In this document: piece by piece, positions 49,892 to 61,105 of the stretch | Position numbering within the stretch: the stretch's first letter is position 1 | Layout of the letters: the number at the start of each line of letters is the position of its first letter | NCBI GenBank assembly: GCA_025558095.1 | Contig: JAIVFI010000008.1 | Coordinates: 124,001 to 188,000 of the forward strand | Origin: Hyaloraphidium curvatum SAG 235-1 | Taxonomy: Eukaryota; Fungi; Monoblepharomycota | DNA length: 64,000 nt | Reading direction: 5' to 3' | The notes under the pieces: model-generated | The model's input: the letters and a program-made list of their open reading frames with translations, nothing else | Databases searched by the model: none | Told to the model about the DNA's origin: nothing | Made by a program: the position numbers and the translations under genes

Positions 49892-50579
49892 CTAGAGAGA
49901 GCTATCCGCGTCCCATCCGCGATCGAGAACGTAGATGAGCTCGCCCGCCTCGCCAGCGGCCGCGCCTTCTCCCGGGAGAAAAACGCTGCAAAACAGCCTG
50001 CAGTCGGGAAGATTGCACGCTGCAGGATTGGCGAAAGAGACCGAGCCTCCGTGGGTTGTGAAGGGAACCTCTGTAGCGTTCTTTGTCCTTCCGTCGACGG
50101 CAAAGATCCTCCAGCTTGACCAGTCGTTCTTTCGAAGCTGACCTTCCTGCAGGTACCATGCTCCACCCCGGAACGTGAAACGCGATCGCCCTCCGATGTT
50201 GCCGGCCACTCCAAGTGCTTCCAAGGCCCCGTTCAGCTCTTGATCGGGCCACGCATGCCAGCTCCCGAGTCCGCGCAGCACGCCCGACGCTGCACGGTCC
50301 ACGTCCATGTCCCGGTAGTAGTGAAACCGCAACCTGAGTTCGTTGTCGTGCAACTTCTCGAAGCTGGGCGTGCCTTCCGCCGTCGGAGCCAGGGTGCGAG
50401 CGAGCGTCACCTCAACCGAATGTTGTCCGGTTTCCAAAAAGCTCAGGCTTTGGTAGCGCCGGAGGAGGAGGCACGCCTTCGTCGTCCGCCGCCGCGTAGC
50501 GATGCGAGAACGCCCTGTCCACGCGTCCGATGCGCGTCGCGAGGGACAGCAGGCTCATCGATGGTCCGGAATCATTCAT
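49892..50579 (-). CDS. Hypothetical protein resembling a bacterial/fungal beta-rich family; 5' structure uncertain
   Basis: Conserved-looking GNIGGR..YLQEGQL.KNDWSSWR..THGGSVSFANP..FLPGEGAAAGEAGELIY in ORF 49892-50437. The start is probably in an upstream exon. Confidence 0.55.
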
Positions 50580-50793
50580 TGTTGCACTGTTTGTTGACTC
50601 GCGCAGGCGGATCGCGCACGCGCTGCATGCGCCGCCGCCGGGCCGTCTCCCAGCCGAAGCTTCCTCTGGTTCCGGCCTCCCCGCGCGAACTCGGACACTG
50701 ATTCCTCTGGATCGCCATCCATCTCGTTCCTCCACGGTCCTGGCGCGGCGGGCTTTCTTTTAGCCGCGGGATTAGCTTTCCGTTTCCCTCGCG

Positions 50794-52762
50794 ATGGTCG
50801 TCTTCCGGGGACCCCTCATTCCGATACCGCGCGTGTCCGTCCAGGACTACCTGTTCCGCGATGGGGACGCCGATAAGCTGGAGAAACGGTCCCTGCCCAT
50901 CGTTGAGGACAGCATAACGGGGGAGGTCCTCACCTTTGGAGACTTTGCGGACGCTGCAGAGGACCTGGCTTCGGAATGGATGCTCCTAGGAGGACCGTGG
51001 ACCGTCAACCGGGGAGACGTCGTCGCGCTCATCTCACCGAACCACGTGGACTACTTCCGCGCGTTCTTTGCCATCATCCGTTGCGGCGGCGTAGTCTCGA
51101 CTATGAATCACCTGTACCGGGAGTTCGAGTTCAAGCACACAATCAGCCTGGTGAATGCAAAATACCTGATCGTCCACTCGCAAGTGCTGGACACCGTGAT
51201 GGCGGTTGCGAAGGAGTTGGGCATCGACAAGTCGCGGGTCGCCGTTTTCGACGACATCATTCTCGGAGGCACGATCGCTCCGCGCACGGGGCTTGCAAAA
51301 GAGCTGCCTTCGCTGCGCGAGATGATGCAGAGCGGGAGACGAAAGGCGACCAAGGCTCCGTGGATCAGCTTGCGCGAGGACGAGGTGGACAAGACGCTCC
51401 TCTGGGTTCCTTTCAGCTCTGGGACTACTGGATTGAGCAAAGGCGTAGCTTTATCACATTACAATCTCGTTGCTCAGGCGGAGCAGCGCATATTCGTCGA
51501 CGCCGACGAGTTCGTCCCCGGCCGCTTCGTGTCGCTTTCGGCAACCCCGCCAGCTCACATCGGCGGGGGCACTTTCATGTGCACGTATCTGAAGGTAGAT
51601 TGACGCATGATTGCATGATTGACACATCATTGACGCATGATTGCGCTCCTTTTTACCCCGTTTCCAGTCAAAGGTCAAGAGCGTATTGCTTCCTCGTTTC
51701 GAGATCGAGCCCGTTCTCAAGGCCGTCGAGAAGTACAAGGTCTCGTTCCTGCCCGTACTGCCTCCGGTGGCGGTCAACATCCTCGCGCTGGGGGGCAAGG
51801 ACTACCTCTCCAAGTTTGACTTGCGATCGATCAGATTTTTGAGCTGCGCGACGGCGACGCTTCCTGCCTCGACCGAAGACGCCATCACGAAGGCGTTTGG
51901 GGTGCGGATGCGTCAGATGTACGGCATGAGCGAATGTACCGTGAGTGCTCGTCGTGCTGGAGAGTTCGCCTCGCTCTGGGCTGACCACTCGCCACCGGCA
52001 GTGTGTCACTCACTGTACGAGACGTGAATCGCGCATTCGCTCTCGTCCTGACTCGCCGCTTTCCCTTCTTGTCCACTACAAGCGCGGACCGGACGTCAAG
52101 GGCTCAAATGGACCTCCCGTTCCCTGCCTGGATTGCAAGCTCGTCGATCCGAAGACGGGCAAGGAGTGCGGTGTGGGCGAGGAAGGCGAGGTCCTTCTCA
52201 AGGGTCCAACCGTCTTCATGGGCTACTTGGGCAACGACAAGGCGACTGCCGAAGCGATCTTGGAGGACGCGGACGGGAAGTGGTACCGGACGGGCGACAT
52301 CGGCGTCTGCGACGAACTCGGATTCCTCACGATTACCGACCGCATCAAGGAGATGTTCAAGGTCAACGGTTCGTCACGAGGAGGGCGCCGATGCTTTTCA
52401 TGTGCTGATGCACATTTGCAGGCTACCAAGTCTCTCCTGCTGAGCTGGAAGCGCTGTTGATTCAGCACCGGGCCGTGGCGGAGGCAGCGGTCATCGGCAT
52501 CCCCGATCCTGTCAGCGGCGACATCCCCAAGGCCTTCGTCGTTTTGAAACCCGGCGTGCAAGGGACGCAGGAGCTTGTCAAGGACATCACGGACTTTGTT
52601 GCGCCGAAAGTCGCCCCTTACAAGCGGCTCCGGGGCGGGATCGAGTTCGTCGACGAGCTAGTCAAGGTGATAGTCAGAATGGGACGATCACAATTATTCA
52701 ACAATGTAAAGTACATAGAATGGCACGATCGTAATACTCTACATGACTCTTTCGCGGGGTAA
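50794..52762 (+). CDS. 4-coumarate-CoA ligase/luciferase-like acyl-CoA ligase; final exon apparently missing
   Basis: FSSGTTGLSKGV, QMYGMSE, GEVLLKGP, YRTGD, DRIKEMFKVNG|YQVSPAELE and KRLRGGIEFVDE are present. No A10 GKxLR motif follows. Confidence 0.88.
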
Positions 52763-52779
52763 AGGTGGAATGTCGCAAC

Positions 52780-52811
52780 GTGCGTGATCTTGGGTGTGCG
52801 TGATCTTGGGT
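52780..52811. repeat. 16-bp perfect tandem duplication (GTGCGTGATCTTGGGT x2)
   Basis: Copies at 52780-52795 and 52796-52811. Confidence 0.85.
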
Positions 52812-52891
52812 ATCAGGGTATCCATCGACTATCGAGTCTTTCAGATTGAGCCAGCGCAACAACGACGGTGTAACAAATCACCTGCATTCAA

Positions 52892-55800
52892 TCAGTCGTC
52901 AACCATCATCGGATCATCGACGTGCCGAAGCGCCGCTTCGAGCGCCATCTCGATCTCGTCCGCGGCGGCAGCCATCGCGGCCTCGTCACCATCGAACCGG
53001 TAGTCTTCTGCTAGATCCAGGTCAAGGAGGCCTCCCTCACGAGGGCGAACAACTCACTGATTGCCTCCGCCAGAACGGTCTCGTTGACCGGACCCAATTC
53101 CGTCTCGGTTGCAAGGTCCACGCCGCTGCACCCATATACATCAGCAACGACGGCGGGTTGGAGGACCAATCGCGGCGTACCTGCTCGTGTGGAGCGCTGG
53201 GGCCGTCTGCGGCATCTCCGAATACTGCGTCCTGGTCGGAACGGTCGGCTCAGGGGTTTTGGGGCCCTTCTTGGAGACTGCATCCGTCTTCGCGAAGCTC
53301 AGCTTGACCTGCTGCTTGGCAGGCTTGGCCGACGGGGCGGCTTGCGCCGACGCCTTCGGGCGAGGAGGCGCAGTCGCAGCCAATGGTGCGTCAAACAGCT
53401 TCCGCTGTTGGAAGTTCTGCGAGGTCGGCAGCGACTTTGGTGCGGCGGAAGAGGGTGCTCGTGTCGGTGCGGGAATGGCAACGGAGACTTCCACAACCGC
53501 TGGTTTGGTCGGAGCCACCGAGGCAGCAGGCACCGCCGCGGCGGCAGTCTCCGTCGATGCAGCAGGCGCCGAGGCAGCCGCGGCCGGAAGAGGAATACCG
53601 AGTGAATCCAGGAGCATGTTGGCAATCCTCTGCAGTGTTTCGGGTTTCAGCCGGATCCGCTCTTCGTCGTAACGACACGCGACGGTAACAGGAGGCATGT
53701 TGTCCGGCATCTTCATTCGGAGCGTGAGCTTGAGCTGGTTCAGCACATCGCGCTGAGCAGTGTGAAGTCCAGGAAGCACGGCCATTGCGTGGCGCAGCTT
53801 GTAGAAGTACGAGTCCGCGGAGGTCTGTGGCAGGATCTCGACGTCCACCCGGACATCGGCAATCTCCCTGAAAACATGCCTATGGGTGACTTGAACCTTG
53901 CTCTTCGGTGGAGGTTTGCTCTCGGCCTTCCGCCGTGCATTGGCCTTGGCCTCCTTCTCGTCGCGCTCCCTGTGCAGGCGTTCAGAGATGGCGGCTTGGC
54001 GCTGCCCCCACTCGATTGATTCCTTCCATTTCCGGTAACGATCCGCCGGAAACCCCAACGTCAAGTCCCCAACGTTGTAGAAGGCAATCTTGAAGCTGCT
54101 CTGCACGTTCGACTTGTTGGTGTTGGAGAGCGTAGGGATCAGGCCCTGCTTCACCAGCTTCGACATGCCCAACGGCGAGGAGGGAGCGGCGGGCACCGTC
54201 GGATCCTCGAGCGGCGCTCCGACGGCCTCCACCGCCGGGCCGTTGGGGTCGACCGCGGCGAGATCCACTGAAAACCCTTGCGCGAGCACGGGATCGACGA
54301 CGTTCACGGCCGGAAGAACGTGGGGTTCAGCAGCTCCAACGGCGGCAGGAAGAAGAGGTTCGGAGCCAGCGGGGGAAGGGGGAGGAAGCGGTTCGGAGGC
54401 TGCAGACCAAGATCAGTTTCGCCGAGAAACGGAACCCGAAGCAAAGATTACCAGAGCCCTTAGCCATCTTCACCCTCTTGCGCGTTCCTTTGCTGCCGTA
54501 TTGCTCCGCAAAGTCGGGGAACTGCTTCGCCATGTTCAGGTTCTCTTTGGTGACACCGCGCTTTTTCCATTCGTCCGCAGTCGTCGCGACCCGGTCGCCC
54601 TCGATCCAGGTGATCACGGCCTTGACGTTCTCGGCAGCGTTGGCGAACCTCCCCATTTCTCCGGAAAAGATCACGGCGACGTGGTCCGGGTCGTCTCCCG
54701 GCATCTTGTACGACAAGACCAACTTCAGACGCATGCACACCGCGATGTCCTCAGCCGAGAGTTCCGCGTTTGCGAGGCGGTGGCGAACCTTCCCGAAAAG
54801 CGACTCATCCGTCTGGCTGGGGAGCAGCTCGACAATGACGCGAGGGTCGGCCATACGCATGAAGACGTCCGCGTCCCAAATTTCCTCCCGGGTCTTCAGA
54901 CGGCCGTTGTTCTCTTGCGCTCGGGCAGCAACTCGTGCTGTTTGCTCCTCCTCCAGCGCGATTTTCCAAGTGTCCGTCTCCATCCACCGCTCCAGTGCTC
55001 CAAGCCATGCCTCCTTAGGGACTCCCATCTGCGGATAGCATGGATTAGCAGAGCCGAAGCAATGCAACGCGCATGCGCAAACCTGGACCGCTGGCAGCAC
55101 CGTCTGGTCCGCAACGGCTTTGCGCGCTTGAACGAGCGTGACTTCCAAGCATCGCTGGCTGGTAGCGAACGCGTGGATGCCATCCCGCAGAGCGCTTTCT
55201 AGACCGCGCTTATGATGCATAGTCGCGAGTGCCGCGATTTGGTTCGGAGTGCCAGTAGCCAGAGTCACGAAGTGCGCGTTGTACTGGGTTCTGAACGCGG
55301 TAAACATGCCGTTCGGCCCATGAACGTAAGCGGCAAGAGCTTTCCCGAACTCCGAGCGCAAGGCCGCGGTCACTGGTCCATTCTCCATTTCCGTCCTCTG
55401 GTTCAGGCCGTGTTGGAAGGGCGAAGAGTAAAGCTCTTTCAGCTCCGGGTATCCCGCAAACTCGACTGCCGCGACGCTGTACACGCTCCTGCATCCGTCG
55501 CGGAAGAACAAGCCAGTCGCCTCGAGAAACATCCGCCGCTCCTCGGCAGCATCCTTGTGCAGGATGTCGAACCGTTGCGGAAGCGTGGTCGCCGCGTACT
55601 CGTAGTGCTTGGAGTCGATGAGATACAGGAACTTCTTCGGAGTCTTTGCACGTGCACTGTCCGAATCGTGACCTGTGGTCTGCCGCGCTGCGATACCGCC
55701 GACCATACCCGTTTCGCCGTCGTAAAAGTTCGATGGACCGTTGCGCAAGAGATGCCCGGCATCGTCCGTCGCCGCACGAAGCTTTCCGGTTTCGGTGAGT

Positions 55801-56189
55801 TGGACTGCAAGCCCCTGCGAAGCCCGGACGGTGTAGTTTCCTTGCCACCGGGGGAGCTTGCCGATTGGTCCGAACTCCAGGTAGTTGATGTCGCCGAGGA
55901 GGTACGACTTGATCTCGTTGTTGTTGCGGAGCGTTGACATCGTGGTAACAAAGTAGTCCTCCGATTGCATGCGACTGAAGTACCACGAGTTCCGAGTCCC
56001 GACGCCCTCGTGTTCGGCAGCGAGACGCGCGTATATCCTCAGAGCGGGAAACATGTCCTCTTTGACGCGGCGCATGAGCTCCGTGCGCTCAGGATCTTCG
56101 GGGATAGCCATCGCGATGGCGAGGTTCTGCATCAGGAGCTGGCCGTCCGCCACCGGACGCAACCACGTCGCATCAGGCACAGTCGGCAT
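52892..56189 (-). CDS. Large orphan protein (~1000 aa, multi-exon), no recognised domain
   Basis: ORFs 54327-56189 and 53141-54307 are joined by a GT-AG intron (~54401-54451). Further introns lie near 55030-55083, 53130-53180 and 53010-53057. The last exon ..RHVDDPMMVDD* ends at 52892. Confidence 0.65.
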
Positions 56190-58635
56190 CTTGAAAAGGA
56201 ACCAGAAGACGAAGCTGCTGAAGTTTAGCGGGAAAGATCCGGCCTGCGCGATGGCTGCGAGCTCACCAGAGAGCGGACCGCGGGACGGACGCCCCTTGCG
56301 AAAAGCGCGCGGCTTTCCGCACTACGGCCCCGCGCGGCCGCGCGGTGGCCGTGAGAACGACAAGATCGTCGTCCTATACGCGAAACGGGGAGCGCGAGCC
56401 TCCACCGGCCGGTTTCCGCGGTCCGGTGTGAGCCGTCTTCGAAGTGAAGAAAGTGGGAGGAGGGAAGCGCGCGACGCGACCCACACGCGCAGTCACACCG
56501 CACAAACGGCAAGGGGGCTGGCCGGCTCCCAAGCACACCGCCGCCGAAATCCCCCCAACGACGCCTCCAAAGGGACTGGAGGGGCTGCAGACGCGCTCGG
56601 AGGCAGGAGAGGGCGCGGAGGCCGCATCTCGCACGAGACGCGGCCGTCGCGGGAACACACGGAGATCGGGATGGGCTACAGGCCATCTCTGGCATGGGAA
56701 GACGAGGTGAGGCGCATCGCGGCGATTGAGCACGGAGGAGGCCTTACATTGCCATCTTCCCATGGTTGGTTGCGTCCGGTGTTCAATGGACCGGTTTAGC
56801 GACCGCCAGCTGGCGGTGCTCTTTCTCCGGCGGCGCTAAACAGCGCCAAACAAGCCGGTGCTGCGAGGCCGATGACTCGGCGCCGCGCGCCAGGGGCCCC
56901 GCCACGTGAGCGGGACCCCGGGCAACACAACCCACATCGCCGGCGGCCGTCGTCGCCGCGGGCCAGCTCACCTACTATAACGACAGCTACGCGCGGCTCG
57001 TGCTCGGAATCTCGCCTGACCCGCTCCGCTGGGACAATCTGCGCGGCGGAAACGAGTACCTGGGTAGCGCGCCTTCTGGGGACGCTTCCGGAGCGAATCC
57101 CCGACGGCGCCGCCGTCTGCGCCCCGTTGGCCATCGGTCAGTGCGGAAGCCGTCGGGCGGTGCCAGTCGCCAGCGGAGCCGCGGGTTGCGACTTCGCCTG
57201 ATTGGCCGACGGAGTGGGCGTGACTGCGCGCGGCTGGACGCGCACAATCCCCGATACATGTCACTGCTACGCGAGTGCGGGTCACCGTTTCCTTGTCGGC
57301 GCTTCCTACCGCCATCTCTGTTCCTGGGTGGGCGTGGACGGCTCCCGTGGCGCCCTGAACTGTGCTTCTGCGTAGTCGGGGAACCTAGCTGGACGGCGCG
57401 ACGGAAGGTGCCCCTCGGACAGGACTGGGATGCCAGAGGCATGATTCGGTCTTTTGGATTGCAACTAGCTCTCTCGGATTACCAAAATCCGGGAGAGGAC
57501 TGCGTTCCGCGGACGAGCATCGAGAGAGCGGCAGGCCGGACGATCCACTCCTCTCCTCGCCGACCTTCAGATCAACGTTATCTCTCATGTTCATTTTCTG
57601 CTAGCTCCCTTTCCACGAGGTTGAATCGTTCTTTCTTTCGATCACCCTTCTTTCGAACTCAATGAAAAGAGGTTTCAACTCAATGAACAGTTCTGGTGTC
57701 TAAGTGCTCTAGCTAAACTCGGCCAGCAGGTCGTCGACCCCCAAAAGAATCCCGATATCGCCGCCACGATCGACTTCGTTCCGCTCCAGTCCCCCCCACA
57801 GGGCGTATCAGTCGACGCCTCCCGGAAGGCGGTCCCAGCGACCGAGTTCCAACGGTGCTCCGATGCCGACCTCGTGGCCGACATCGTCCACGAGCTTCTA
57901 GATATCCTCGTCCGTCGGCTGGTCCTCGAAGCCGCCAAAGAATGGAGGATGCGGAAAGCAAGGACATGCGCCGTCCGCTGGACTCGCAGCTCGATTCCAA
58001 AGTATGACAACGCGATGGCGACTCCCTGCGGCCGCTGGCCGCGTCGCACAAGTCAAGATCGCAGGCGTTGTGCCGGTGGCTGCCAACGAGCCCATGCCAC
58101 GGGTGAACGACGAGTCCGCCCCGCGTCCGAGAAGGAGGAGCACGAAGACAAGGTTCTAGCTGCAAGAGTCTAACTAGAGTCGAGAATGTTGGAGATCACG
58201 CGGGCGGCACGGCCGCCTCGTGCCCCCGCATCGGCATTTGGACGCGATGACGATTGCATAACGACGCTGCCGTAGTTCGAACTTTGCGGCCGCGCATCCG
58301 GGAACACAGGGAATGAGCTCCGTCCGCAAGTATAAGGTAGAGGCGATGCGGCCGGTCTAGCGCACGGAGCCATGACGACGGGCGGCGCGCGGCGACGAGC
58401 GGCGCCAGAATGGTGTCCGGGGCGTTCTCGCGGGGCCAGGCGCGGCGATGGGCGAGACGGAGAGCGCCCGCGGTGAAGCAGGCGACCCGCAATCTAGCGC
58501 GGCCGGGCACCCGCACGGTGCGAAGAGGGCTGCCAGCTGGCGGGCGGCACCACCAGCCGCCGACGCCGAGGGCCTCCGTCGGCCCGCCAGCCCCTCTCGA
58601 ATTGGAACCGCACCGCAACACCGTCTGTCCCCGAC

Positions 58636-60036
58636 ATGATTAAGCAGATCAGCATTCCGCTGCTACCGTCGGCGCGGAGGAAGCGGGGTGCGCTGCAGGG
58701 TCTCCGGGCCACGGAGCGGACGACCAAGCTCGGAAACGCGCGTCCCGCGTACGCGCTAGATGCAGTGCCCCCAGGGGCCGAGATCCTCGAGAAACACGAG
58801 CATGGAAATGTATCCTACATGACTCCGGACGGATCCAAGCTTTCGTACCCGGTCAAAGTCCGCCGCCTGAAGGAGCCCGTCCCCGGGCTGTGGGGGTTCA
58901 TCGCGGACAGCTTCCTGCAGGCTCTCCCGGCCCTGAAATCGTACGACCGGAAATCTGCGCCATTGCATGAGGTCGCTGGCGAGGGCGCGGAGCCGAGTAC
59001 CTACAATCTTGGCCTCCACGAGACACCGCTGGCGGACGGCCGGAAGCTGCGGACGACCAAGAACATGGCTTCTGACCTCGGACAGTCACTTAACAGCGAG
59101 AAAGGGGCCATGGGTATGCTCAGCGCCATGATCGACGAGTCGTTCATGAGAATGGATCCGGCGGAGGCCAAGCGGCACTTCGCTTTGGTCGCCCTGCTGA
59201 AGACGCTCGCCCGCGTCGCCGAGAGCTACGGCCCGCGCTGCGCGCTCGCCGTCAACGTCAACCTCAACGCCGCCACCTTCGCCCACATGGACTTCAAGAA
59301 CCTGCTCAACAGCATCTGTCACCTGTTCGTCGTCTACGGCAGCGAAGGCGAGGTGGAGCTTGGCGACCTCGTCATCCTCGAAGGGGAACGTAAGCTAGTC
59401 ATCCGGATGGCGCCCGGCACGCACGTCTCCGGCCCCTTTCACCTTTTCTGGCACTGCAACCCCCCTCTCCTCCTCCGCCGTGGCGGCGCCCGGCTCGCCT
59501 TCATCTTTTATCTCATGGACGGCATGATTGAACTCTCGCTCCTCGCCTTCGCGCTCTCCGAGCACTTCGCGAGGTTGAACGACGAGAGCGTCAAGCTGCT
59601 GAAGCACTTTGGTGCGGGCAAGCACTGGTTCGACTCGGAGGGGAGGATCGAGCTTGGCGTGATCAACCCCAAGTGGAGGAGCTTTGCTCCGAAGCGCATC
59701 CGTCCCGCGCTCCCCGCCACGGTCGAGGGCGACGAGCCGCGCGAGACAGTGGCGGAGAGGGAGGACCGGCTCCGTCGGGCAACCCTGGCTGCGAGGGAGG
59801 TGGAGGAGCAGGCTGCTCGCGAGCGCGGAGCAGACGAGGAGGAAGAGGACAGGCGAGTTTCCGACAAACGGAAAGATCCCTGCGGTACGCTCATCGTACG
59901 CATTCGATCCTGCAGGTTCCTCGACCCGAACGCGGAGGAAGCAGAGGACGATCGAGTTTACGAATGGGAGCTCCCGCATCCCGATCCTTCCGACGGCGCC
60001 CACTCCGCCTCGAAGGCCGCCGCAGAAGCTTCCTAA
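58636..60036 (+). CDS. TET/JBP-family 2-oxoglutarate/Fe(II) dioxygenase-like protein
   Basis: HxD (HMD at 59284-59292), GDLVILE..MAPG, distal His in FWHCNPP (59452) and 2OG-binding Arg in GARLAFIFY (59491) follow the fungal TET/JBP spacing pattern. Confidence 0.75.
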   Translation: MIKQISIPLLPSARRKRGALQGLRATERTTKLGNARPAYALDAVPPGAEILEKHEHGNVSYMTPDGSKLSYPVKVRRLKEPVPGLWGFIADSFLQALPALKSYDRKSAPLHEVAGEGAEPSTYNLGLHETPLADGRKLRTTKNMASDLGQSLNSEKGAMGMLSAMIDESFMRMDPAEAKRHFALVALLKTLARVAESYGPRCALAVNVNLNAATFAHMDFKNLLNSICHLFVVYGSEGEVELGDLVILEGERKLVIRMAPGTHVSGPFHLFWHCNPPLLLRRGGARLAFIFYLMDGMIELSLLAFALSEHFARLNDESVKLLKHFGAGKHWFDSEGRIELGVINPKWRSFAPKRIRPALPATVEGDEPRETVAEREDRLRRATLAAREVEEQAARERGADEEEEDRRVSDKRKDPCGTLIVRIRSCRFLDPNAEEAEDDRVYEWELPHPDPSDGAHSASKAAAEAS

Positions 60037-61074
60037 CAGCCCTCCGAGGAGCCCATCGACGTCGGGAAGCTCTTTTTTGTGCCGAAGCTGACCGAGCCAG
60101 CTCTGGCACTCCTGGAGTACCGCCGCCGCGAACCCGGATCCTCCATCGCCTGCCTCATCCCCGAAGGATTCGTGCCGCCGGGGCTCGAGTTTTTCAAGAT
60201 GCCTCTGTGCATGGTGCTGGAGGATATGGACATGCAGACCAAGGGCCAGAAGATGCTGGACGATGCCCGTGTCGTGCACGACAACGCCGCACTGCTTCGA
60301 GGAGATGCGACGAAGCGGCTGGCGCGGTCGGAAAAGGCCCTGATCAAAGCTGCGATGATCCAGTGGGGCGAGGACCTAGACAGGAAGTGGGAGCAGCACA
60401 AGACGGGGCTGATCGATATGATGATTCTCCGCGATCGCACCCTGCCCGTGCCCAACCCCCTCGCTACCATGATTCATCTCGTGCAGGTCTGCCGCTGCGA
60501 CAACCGAGCTTCTAAACGGAACGAGGACGACGAGTATCGCCAGTACTCGAAGGCGTACTTCAAGATCCGCGACAAGGTGGCGGCGGACCTGCGGCGCCTG
60601 AAGGATTCTGCCAAGGCCGAGTACGCCGAGCAGCAGCGGGAGCGGCGGGCTGCAGAGGAAGCTGCGGACAAGGCGGCAAACCTGCGACATGCGTCCGCGC
60701 TGCTCAGCGAGAGCGAGGCGCTGCGCACGGCGTCGGGGCTCCCCCGTGACGGCACAGTTCGCGATCCCGATGGCGATGGCGCCCCCGGAGCTGCCAGGGA
60801 ACGCAGCGAAAGCGGTGGCAGCAGCGCCGTTCGGAACCCCGAGATCCTCGTACTTGTTGCCGACGCGCAGGAAAAGCTGGGCGAGATCGATCGAGAGGAC
60901 GAGCAAGTCAAGGACCGACGGAAGCGCCTCGCCGAAGACATCGAGAAGGTTAAGGAAGAGCTGAAGCGCCTGAGGGGAGAGGATCGAGAGGCGGAGCGTG
61001 AGGAGGAGGAGCTGGAAAAGAAGCGGGAGGAAGTCAAGATCCAACTAGCCCGCCTGGCCAAGGAGGCGGAATAG
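60037..61074 (+). CDS. Helical/coiled-coil region in frame with the TET/JBP ORF (probable C-terminal continuation)
   Basis: Same frame as 58636, separated only by TAA 60034-60036. E/K/R-rich heptads at the C-terminus. Confidence 0.55.
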   Translation, partial: QPSEEPIDVGKLFFVPKLTEPALALLEYRRREPGSSIACLIPEGFVPPGLEFFKMPLCMVLEDMDMQTKGQKMLDDARVVHDNAALLRGDATKRLARSEKALIKAAMIQWGEDLDRKWEQHKTGLIDMMILRDRTLPVPNPLATMIHLVQVCRCDNRASKRNEDDEYRQYSKAYFKIRDKVAADLRRLKDSAKAEYAEQQRERRAAEEAADKAANLRHASALLSESEALRTASGLPRDGTVRDPDGDGAPGAARERSESGGSSAVRNPEILVLVADAQEKLGEIDREDEQVKDRRKRLAEDIEKVKEELKRLRGEDREAEREEEELEKKREEVKIQLARLAKEAE

Positions 61075-61105
61075 GATGCAACAAGCATGGCAGAATGTCT
61101 GCAAT

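Noticed and set aside
51599-51644. ATTGACGCATGATTGC duplicated within an intron
   Set aside because: Local slippage duplication in an intron with no evident function.
57656-57687. AACTCAATGAA direct repeat (two copies)
   Set aside because: Too short and only two copies; not CRISPR-like, and no matching element end was found.
56670-58173. Coding-like fragments upstream of the TET/JBP ORF
   Set aside because: Frames are interrupted and could not be spliced into a credible gene; mentioned only as possible decayed sequence.
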